A DNA stretch of 24,000 nucleotides from Rhizobacter sp. (GTDB taxonomy: Bacteria; Pseudomonadota; Gammaproteobacteria; Burkholderiales; Burkholderiaceae_C), in assembly GCA_025361845.1 (NCBI GenBank), contig JANYJL010000137.1:1-24000 (forward strand), in the 5' to 3' direction. The notes beneath the pieces are model-generated. The model saw nothing but the letters and a program-made list of their open reading frames with translations, was not told where the DNA came from and searched no databases. This document shows positions 1-5,195 of the stretch, in pieces (positions within the stretch are counted from its first letter, which is position 1; each line of letters starts with the position of its first letter). Made by a program: the position numbers and the translations under genes.

Positions 1-89
1 CACTGCGACGGGTACTGGTCCTTGGCGTCGAAGACCATGCGCACCGCACGATCCTGAACCTCGGGGGAAAACTTCGGGGACTTCCTCAT
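1..89 (-). CDS. IS3-family transposase OrfA, N-terminal 29 codons only (partial; continues past the window edge)
   Basis: Translation is MRKSPKFSPEVQDRAVRMVFDAKDQYPSQ(W). The FSPE..RAVRMV....Y.SQW pattern is typical of the IS3-family OrfA helix-turn-helix region (compare IS6110 ...PELRERAVRMV...SEWAAI, from memory). A GGAG Shine-Dalgarno sequence lies 5 nt upstream. Confidence 0.8.
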   Translation of the reverse strand, partial: MRKSPKFSPEVQDRAVRMVFDAKDQYPSQ

Positions 90-90
90 C

Positions 91-1146
91 TTGGCTCCAT
101 TCTCAATCGAAGGAGCCTCCTCTAAACCCGGGGCGGTTCAAATCGACCTCACCGTCGACCTTGTCAGTCCAGCAAACTGGCGTCCAGTGCTGCCCCAGTT
201 CGAACGCGCTCTCGGGTTTCTCAGCGGCGATATCTGGAAGATATCGGTTCGCGATGATGGAGTCGCCGTTCCCCCTGGGCGAAGCGAACTGGCATTGGAC
301 GACTGTGTCTGCTTGCTGTCGGGCGGCTTAGACAGCCTCGTTGGAGCCATCGATCTTGTTCGCGGCGGAAAGCGCCCGATTCTGGTCAGCCACGCGTACC
401 CAAAGGAAGGCACGCTGCAGGCGTATTTCGCACAGCGAATCGACCCGACTCTGACTCACTTTTACGCGAATGCAGACGCGGGATTCAATAGCAAGAACGA
501 GATTTCGATGCGCTGCCGCTCGCTCTTGTTCGTTGCGATGGGGGTGCTGGCGGCTTCTGCGATTGCGAACGGCGATGAAGTCACTCAGTTGAACGTCCCC
601 GAAAACGGGTTGATCTCTCTCAATCCTCCTTTGAGCGTCCGTCGCATCGGCAGCCTGAGCACAAGGACGACGCACCCATATTTCCTGCGTCTCGTCTCCG
701 AGGTGCTGCATGGTGCCGGCGTGCCCGTGCAGATCGTGAATCCGTATGTGTTTCATACGAAGGGCGAGATGATCGAGCAGTGCAGAGATCTCGGCCTTCT
801 CAGATCGCTGATGGGTCATTCGATCTCCTGTGGCAAATGGAAGCGAAAGAATCGACCATGCGGGCGATGCTTCCCGTGCTTGATTCGTCGTGCCGCATTG
901 CATGCCGCAGGTGAAGAGGATTCACCAACCCGTCCGTACGTTTACGAGAACCTCAACGACGCCATCGACTACGAGGATGTGGTGGCAGTTCGCGCCGCAG
1001 TGGACCGCTACGAAGGGCAGGACATGGGCAAGGTGCTGCGGTCTATCTCACCACTTCCTCGGTCGTCGCGCGATCGACAAGCGCTGGTAGGTGTGGCCGA
1101 TCGAGGGATAGAGGAACTGAGACACTATCTCGACCACGCGCTGTGA
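91..1146 (+). CDS. qatC: QueC-like PP-loop ATPase (QatC-like), probably 5'-truncated. The first 17 codons (91-140) are IS-derived, so the ORF is chimeric; native sequence starts at 141.
   Basis: The PP-loop motif SGGLDS is at aa 77-82 (nt 319-336). A QueC-type Zn cysteine cluster C-x9-C-x2-C-x2-C is at aa 247-263 (nt 829-879, SCGKWKRKNRPCGRCFPCLIRRA). The stop overlaps the start of a TatD-like gene by 4 nt. There is no in-frame ATG between 141 and about 505; the only alternative start is a GTG at 187. GC is lower than in the core. Confidence 0.75.
   Translation: MAPFSIEGASSKPGAVQIDLTVDLVSPANWRPVLPQFERALGFLSGDIWKISVRDDGVAVPPGRSELALDDCVCLLSGGLDSLVGAIDLVRGGKRPILVSHAYPKEGTLQAYFAQRIDPTLTHFYANADAGFNSKNEISMRCRSLLFVAMGVLAASAIANGDEVTQLNVPENGLISLNPPLSVRRIGSLSTRTTHPYFLRLVSEVLHGAGVPVQIVNPYVFHTKGEMIEQCRDLGLLRSLMGHSISCGKWKRKNRPCGRCFPCLIRRAALHAAGEEDSPTRPYVYENLNDAIDYEDVVAVRAAVDRYEGQDMGKVLRSISPLPRSSRDRQALVGVADRGIEELRHYLDHAL
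113..140 (-). repeat. Terminal inverted repeat (IRL) of the IS3-family element
   Basis: This 28-nt terminus begins with TG and ends ...GGAGGCTC. It has the same length and the same conserved ends as the IS6110 IR as I remember it. The partner IR is outside the window, so the pairing cannot be verified here. Confidence 0.65.
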
Positions 1147-1883
1147 AGTGGGTTGACTTCCATTGTCATGTTGACCTGTACGACGATCCTCGGTCCATCT
1201 TGGCGTCGTGCGCACAGTCTGGCGTTGCTGTGTTCGCGGTGTCCACGATTCCGGCTGCCGCAGACCGCTTGAAGTCGCTCGTAAGTGCATCGGGTGCAGT
1301 AGTTCACATTGGCGTCGGCCTTCATCCGGAGGTTGCGCATAAACATCAGAAGTCTCTGGAACTTCTTCTCAACGAAGTCCGTGCCTATCGATTCGTTGGA
1401 GAAGTTGGGCTCGATGGTTCTCCGCAGTACCGTGAATATCAAGCTACCCAACGTCGCGTTCTCGAAGGCGTGTTCTCCGCCTGCGAAAAAGAAGGCGGCA
1501 AGATCTTGAGCCTTCATAGTCGCCGCGCAGTCCGACCTGTGCTCGACATGCTTGCCCAGCATCCTGACGCCGGCATCCCAGTTTTGCACTGGTTCTCCGG
1601 ATCACCGCATGAACTTGCCGAGGCATCGATGTCCGGATGTTGGTTTTCGGTAGGCCTTGGAATGCTGCAGACTGCTACAGGTCGAGAAGTCGTCGCATCA
1701 ATGCCTAGAAATCGTGTGCTCACGGAAACCGATGGCCCCTTCGCGCAGGCCGGCGGAAAGTCACTTACTCCCCTAGATATTGAGCGGTCCGTTGGAGCAT
1801 TGGCGAAAGTGTGGAACGTCCCGCCAGAATTAGCCCGCGAAATGGTCTGGAGCAACTACGAGGCTCTGATCGCCAAGTCCTGA
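1143..1883 (+). CDS. qatD: TatD-family metal-dependent nuclease/hydrolase (QatD-like), apparently intact
   Basis: The GTG start overlaps the qatC stop (GTGA at 1143-1146). All TatD metal-site motifs are present: FHCHVD (aa 6-11), GEVGLD, LSLHSR, LHWFSG and LTETDGP. It pairs with a QueC-like gene as in Qat operons. Confidence 0.8.
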   Translation: MKWVDFHCHVDLYDDPRSILASCAQSGVAVFAVSTIPAAADRLKSLVSASGAVVHIGVGLHPEVAHKHQKSLELLLNEVRAYRFVGEVGLDGSPQYREYQATQRRVLEGVFSACEKEGGKILSLHSRRAVRPVLDMLAQHPDAGIPVLHWFSGSPHELAEASMSGCWFSVGLGMLQTATGREVVASMPRNRVLTETDGPFAQAGGKSLTPLDIERSVGALAKVWNVPPELAREMVWSNYEALIAKS

Positions 1884-2052
1884 CAATGCACCTCTGGTCG
1901 CCCCATCCGTCTGAGCAATGAGGGTCCTGCCGCTGACCTGGAGGCAACGGTTGTGAAGCGTGTCGCGGCGACACATTGCTCAAGCGTGCCTCGCCCCGCT
2001 GGCGTCTCACAGAGTGAGTGAAACATCGAGGTCGATCTTGCGGCCCGGCAGG

Positions 2053-2166
2053 TCAGTTTGATAGTTTTCGTGCCAAGCCGTCGCAAGACTTCGCGCTGCC
2101 GACGATCTGCATCAGGTACTTCGCTCGTGACGTCCCGACGTAGATGGTCTCGGCCTCCTCGGCGTC
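2053..2166 (-). pseudogene. Remnant (last ~37 codons) of an SF1 UvrD/Rep-like helicase gene, cut off by the IS256 fragment
   Basis: The minus-strand tail reads ...DAEEAETIYVGTSRAKYLMQIVGSAKSCDGLARKLSN*. The segment EE....YVG.(T/S)RAK..L.I resembles SF1 helicase motif VI (E. coli UvrD EERRLAYVGVTRA, from memory). Upstream of about 2166 the sequence becomes IS256 transposase coding on the other strand. This is a very short match. Confidence 0.3.
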
Positions 2167-2700
2167 ACCGACGGCTTGAAGGGCATGCCCGAGTCGCTGG
2201 GCGCGGTGTACCCGGCCACGACGCTGCAGACCTGCATCGTGCACCTGATCAGGAACAGCCTGGACTACGCGAGCTGGAAGGATCGCAAGCTGCTGGCCCA
2301 AGCGATCAAGCCGATCTACACGGCCACCAGCGCCGAGGCGGCGCAGGCCGAACTCGACGCGTTCGAGCAAGGCCCGTGGGGTCGCAAATTCCCCACCGTC
2401 GTGGCCGCCTGGCGTCGGGCCTGGGACCGGGTGATTCCGTTCTTCGCGTTCCCGCTGGCGGTGCGTCGGGTGATCTACACGACCAACGCGATCGAGAGCA
2501 TCAACGCGCAGCTGCGCAAGATCATCAAGTCGCGCGGGCACTTCCCGAGCGACGACGCGGCCAGCAAATTGATCTGGCTGGCGCTGCGCAACATCACGGC
2601 CGACTGGGGCCGCGCAGCGCACAACTGGAAGGAGGCGATGAACCAGTTCGCGATACTCTACGAGGAGCGCTTCACTCGAGCCGCTGGCCCCCTGGGTTGA
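2131..2700 (+). pseudogene. IS256-family (Mutator-type) transposase, C-terminal half only
   Basis: The frame is open from 2131 and the recognisable homology starts at about 2167. The translation TDGLKGMPESLGAVYPATTLQTCIVHLIRNSLDYASWKDRK...IYTTNAIESINAQLRKIIKSRGHFPSDDAASKLIWLALRNI carries the DGLKG, C.VH..RN and YTTN.IES.N..LRK signatures of IS256 transposases. These signatures normally begin around residue 190 of a 400-plus-aa protein, so the N-terminal half is missing. Confidence 0.85.
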
Positions 2701-2823
2701 ACCATGCGATACATGGCTCAACCAGGGGCGCCTCCGGCGGCCTGGCAGGGGCCTCTGTTCAAAGAAGATCAAGCAAAGACGAATTCAACAACCCGCCTCG
2801 AACACAGAAATTCGGACACTCCC
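2167..2823 (+). mobile_element. IS256-family element remnant (3' half with right terminus; 5' half deleted)
   Basis: The region holds the transposase 3' fragment, a 123-bp tail, and a terminus ACACAGAAATTCGGACACTCCC ending at 2823. That terminus has the same ACACA-N6-CGGAC-N6 layout as the IS256 end as I recall it (ACACAATTATACGGACTTTATC). Confidence 0.7.
2796..2823 (+). repeat. Putative right inverted repeat of the IS256-family remnant
   Basis: The sequence is CCTCGAACACAGAAATTCGGACACTCCC. It is assigned by position after the transposase stop and by similarity of layout to IS256 termini. No left IR is present in the window to pair with it. Confidence 0.45.
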
Positions 2824-3000
2824 GCGTTGGACGATGCACAATCACGCACGGTTCTAGAATTCTTCTATCAAGCGGTTAGTAGGGGAACAGGCAGGGGAAC
2901 AACATCGTATTCCTGCGAAGGTTCTCCAATGAAATCAAGAACTTAGGTCCTGCGTTCGTTCTCCATCAGCCACCCCAAGAACACCGCTCGATGGTCAAGA

Positions 3001-3029
3001 CGCCCAGGCAACCCGTGGGCGCTTTTGTT
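3001..3029 (+). terminator. Rho-independent terminator-like hairpin oriented on the + strand, with no intact + strand gene upstream
   Basis: CGCCCA (3001-3006) pairs with TGGGCG (3016-3021), with two possible extra inner G-C pairs, and is followed by CTTTTGTTG. On the minus strand the downstream tract is only TCTT, so it is a poor terminator for the 3051..3335 gene. Confidence 0.4.
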
Positions 3030-3050
3030 GGTGGCTCGTTCGCATGATCA

Positions 3051-3335
3051 TCACGCGTTGAGCACCTGGAGCACGGCGGTTGTCGTGTTGATGGCGTGCT
3101 GGGCCACATCGCCCGGTCGGGTCGCCAGCACCTCCAGCGGGTACGTGCCCGAGACGATGTCGCCGTAGGCGAGTTCGGCCGCCTTGACCTCTTCGCCCAT
3201 GCCCTCGATGGCGGCGGCCAGGCAGTGAATGATCGAGCCCAGGCCGTCGTCGCTGTAGAGCTCCTCGCCCTCGGCGCTGACCGCGTAGTGAAAGCGGGCC
3301 GGGCCCGAAGGGTGGATCGAGATGCGAGCGATCAT
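3051..3335 (-). CDS. Hypothetical 94-aa protein downstream of the AtzE-like amidase
   Basis: The translation MIARISIHPSGPARFHYAVSAEGEELYSDDGLG... has its ATG at the complement of 3333-3335, preceded by GGAG-N7. The 226-aa version in the ORF track runs back through the amidase 3' end and is rejected. I recognise no family. Confidence 0.55.
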   Translation of the reverse strand: MIARISIHPSGPARFHYAVSAEGEELYSDDGLGSIIHCLAAAIEGMGEEVKAAELAYGDIVSGTYPLEVLATRPGDVAQHAINTTTAVLQVLNA

Positions 3336-3391
3336 GGCGGGGCTCCGTAGACGAAGTCCCGATTCTGAACGGCTCGCGCGAGGCGCTGAAC

Positions 3392-4798
3392 TCAGTTCAG
3401 CGCAGCGATCGGCGCACTGCTCACACCACGTGCTTCGAGTGCGGCGGCCACGCGCAAGGCCAGGTCTTCGCGCCAGGGCGCGGCGATCACCTGCACGCCG
3501 ATCGGCAGGTGCGGGCTTTGCGGGTTCATGCCCCACACCGGTACCGTCACGACGGGCAGGCCGATGCACGAGATCGGCTGCGCCAGCAAGCCCAGGCTCG
3601 GCCGTGCCGGCAGGCGCTTGCCACCCAGTTCCATCCACTCGGTGCCGATGCGTGGCGCCACGCAGGGCGTGGCCGGAGCGATCAGCACATCGACGGTTTC
3701 GAACGCGCGGGCCACACGATGCGCGAACCACTGCCGCACACGCTGCGCCTGCATCACCCAGGCCGCGGGCAGCAAGGCACCGGCCAGAAAGCGATCGCGC
3801 GAGAGCGGTTCGAAGTCTTGCGCGCGGCTGCGCAGATCGTTCAGGTGCAAAGCCGCGCCCTCGGCATTGCTGATGAGGAAAGCCGCAGCGCGCGCGCGCT
3901 CGACTTCAGGCCACTCGATCAGGCGCGTGGTGCCGAGCGCCTCCGCGGCGGCGTCGACGGCAGCCAGCGCCTCGGTCATCGCCATCTCGCGGAACCAGCC
4001 ACCGAGCACGCCGATGCGCAGGTTGTCGACACTGCCGGCCATCTGCGGCCGCACCGGTTCGGGCGCACGCCGCGCACAGGCCGGGTCGGCGGTCGAGGGG
4101 CCTTGCATCGCGTCATAGGCGAGCACCAGGTCGTCGACCGTGCGCGCGAATGGGCCGAGGTGGTCCAGGCTTGCGACGAAGGGATAACTGCCCACACGCG
4201 GCAGGCGGCCGAAGGTGGGCTTCAGGCCATAGATGCCGCACAGCGACGAGGGCACGCGGATCGAGCCATTCGTGTCCGACCCGAGCGTGAGGGGCACCTG
4301 GCCCGCCGCCACCGCCGCGGCCGAGCCGCCCGACGAGCCGCCGGACACATGCGCCAGATCGTGCGGGTTGCATGTCGGGCCGTAGTGGGTGTTTTCGGTC
4401 GTGAAGCCGTAGGCGTACTCGTCCATGTTGTTGGCGCCGATCAGGATGGCGCCAGCCGCTTCGAGCCGCCGCACCAGCAGCGCGTCGCGTGCCGCGGGTG
4501 TGGCCTCGCGTTCGATCTTCGAGCCGGCCAGCGTGGGCAGGCCGGCGATGTCGAACAGGTTCTTCACCGCGAAGGGCACGCCGGCCAGTGACAGCTCGCT
4601 GCGCCGGGTGTGCTTGTCGATCTGCCCGGCGCGTTTGAGGGCGCGTTCGGCCAGCAGCGAGGTGAAGGCGTTGACGCGGCCATCGGTCGCTTCGATGCGG
4701 TTCAGGCACTGCTCGACGGCGGTGCGTGCCGAGAGCGACCCATCGCGCACCTGCCGCGCGATCGTCGCCGCATCGAGTTGCCAGGCGGCGCCGTTCAC
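3392..4798 (-). CDS. Amidase-signature enzyme, AtzE-family amidohydrolase-like (468 aa)
   Basis: The amidase signature GGSSGGSAAAVAAG...GSDTNGSIRVPS is present with a GatA-like overall layout. The GTG start overlaps the stop of a DUF4089/AtzG-like small gene (GTGA), which is the AtzG-AtzE arrangement. Confidence 0.9.
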   Translation of the reverse strand: MNGAAWQLDAATIARQVRDGSLSARTAVEQCLNRIEATDGRVNAFTSLLAERALKRAGQIDKHTRRSELSLAGVPFAVKNLFDIAGLPTLAGSKIEREATPAARDALLVRRLEAAGAILIGANNMDEYAYGFTTENTHYGPTCNPHDLAHVSGGSSGGSAAAVAAGQVPLTLGSDTNGSIRVPSSLCGIYGLKPTFGRLPRVGSYPFVASLDHLGPFARTVDDLVLAYDAMQGPSTADPACARRAPEPVRPQMAGSVDNLRIGVLGGWFREMAMTEALAAVDAAAEALGTTRLIEWPEVERARAAAFLISNAEGAALHLNDLRSRAQDFEPLSRDRFLAGALLPAAWVMQAQRVRQWFAHRVARAFETVDVLIAPATPCVAPRIGTEWMELGGKRLPARPSLGLLAQPISCIGLPVVTVPVWGMNPQSPHLPIGVQVIAAPWREDLALRVAAALEARGVSSAPIAALN

Positions 4799-5010
4799 GA
4801 GCCCACCTCGGGCGAGACCGGTGTGAACACCGAACCCGATTCATCGTCCGGGCCGAGTGGCAGGCCCATCACCAACTCGGCCATGTCGGCGGCGAGCTTG
4901 AAATAGTTCGCCACGCCGGGCCGGTGCTCGATGGCGATGCGCAGGTCCAGCGCCGCGGCGTTGGCGTGGACGATGCGATCGAGCTGATCCGCAGTGAGAG
5001 GTGTAGCCAT
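4795..5010 (-). CDS. AtzG-like small subunit (DUF4089 family, 71 aa)
   Basis: The translation MATPLTADQLDRIVHANAAALDLRIAIEHRPGVANYFKLAADMAELV...SVFTP has the size, position immediately upstream of the amidase, and the AAALDL...HRPGV..F...A pattern typical of DUF4089. GGAG-N7 precedes the ATG. Confidence 0.7.
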   Translation of the reverse strand: MATPLTADQLDRIVHANAAALDLRIAIEHRPGVANYFKLAADMAELVMGLPLGPDDESGSVFTPVSPEVGS

Positions 5011-5076
5011 CGGTGCGCTCCGGTGCGAGGTTCAGGGGTGTTGCTGACTTGGAATCGACGCAATGATCAACGCAAG

Positions 5077-5125
5077 AAAACGGCCCGCCCGGTGTTCGCG
5101 TGCCACCCACGCGGCGCCCGGTTTT
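5077..5125. terminator. Bidirectional terminator-like imperfect hairpin between the kinase 3' end and the atzG-like promoter region
   Basis: The layout is AAAA (5077-5080), a GC-rich imperfect hairpin, then TTTT (5122-5125). The hairpin core is CGCGTG 5097-5102 paired with CACGCG 5108-5113, and the outer pair is CCGG 5089-5092 with CCGG 5118-5121. Confidence 0.4.
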
Positions 5126-5195
5126 CGAGCGTGCGAGTGCGGGGCATCTTGCTCTTCGCACCAGACCTGCCCGCCGCGGCACGGCTTTGGGGAAT

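Larger units (their letters stand above)
1..140 (-). mobile_element. Left end of an IS3-family insertion sequence (IS51/IS6110-like subgroup); the body of the element lies beyond the left window edge
   Basis: The minus strand from 140 to 113 reads TGAACCGCCCCGGGTTTAGAGGAGGCTC. It is followed by GGAG-N5-ATG (ATG = complement of 87..89) and an OrfA-type N-terminus. The terminal TG and first 13 nt match my recollection of the IS6110 inverted repeat (TGAACCGCCCCGG...). Confidence 0.8.

Noticed and set aside
328-1589. Antisense ORFs inside qatC/qatD (328..903, 1048..1290 and 1125..1589, all minus)
   Set aside because: They are opposite to genes with clear PP-loop and TatD motifs. They have no RBS, no family resemblance and arginine-rich translations.
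1960-1974. Hairpin GTGTC-GCGGC-GACAC downstream of qatD as its terminator
   Set aside because: The stem is short (5 bp) and no T-tract follows, so it is not convincing as an intrinsic terminator.
2852-2863. Overlapping palindromes TTCTAGAA / AGAATTCT (adjacent XbaI and EcoRI sites) as a possible cloning scar
   Set aside because: It does not match any standard polylinker or BioBrick prefix that I know, and it sits in natural-looking AT-rich intergenic DNA. Chance occurrence is the simpler explanation.
2053-2879. ORFs 2053..2772 (minus) and 2058..2879 (plus) spanning the IS256 fragment
   Set aside because: They are wrong frames over a region whose + frame 1 gives an unmistakable IS256 transposase C-terminus. 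Only the last ~37 codons of the minus ORF (2053-2166, outside the IS homology) were kept, as a low-confidence helicase remnant.
3392-5010. Reading the AtzE/AtzG-like pair as evidence for a cyanuric acid / s-triazine degradation cluster
   Set aside because: No atzD, atzF or atzH, nor any barbiturase or allophanate hydrolase, is present in the window. Stand-alone AtzE-family pairs are widespread, so no pathway claim is justified.
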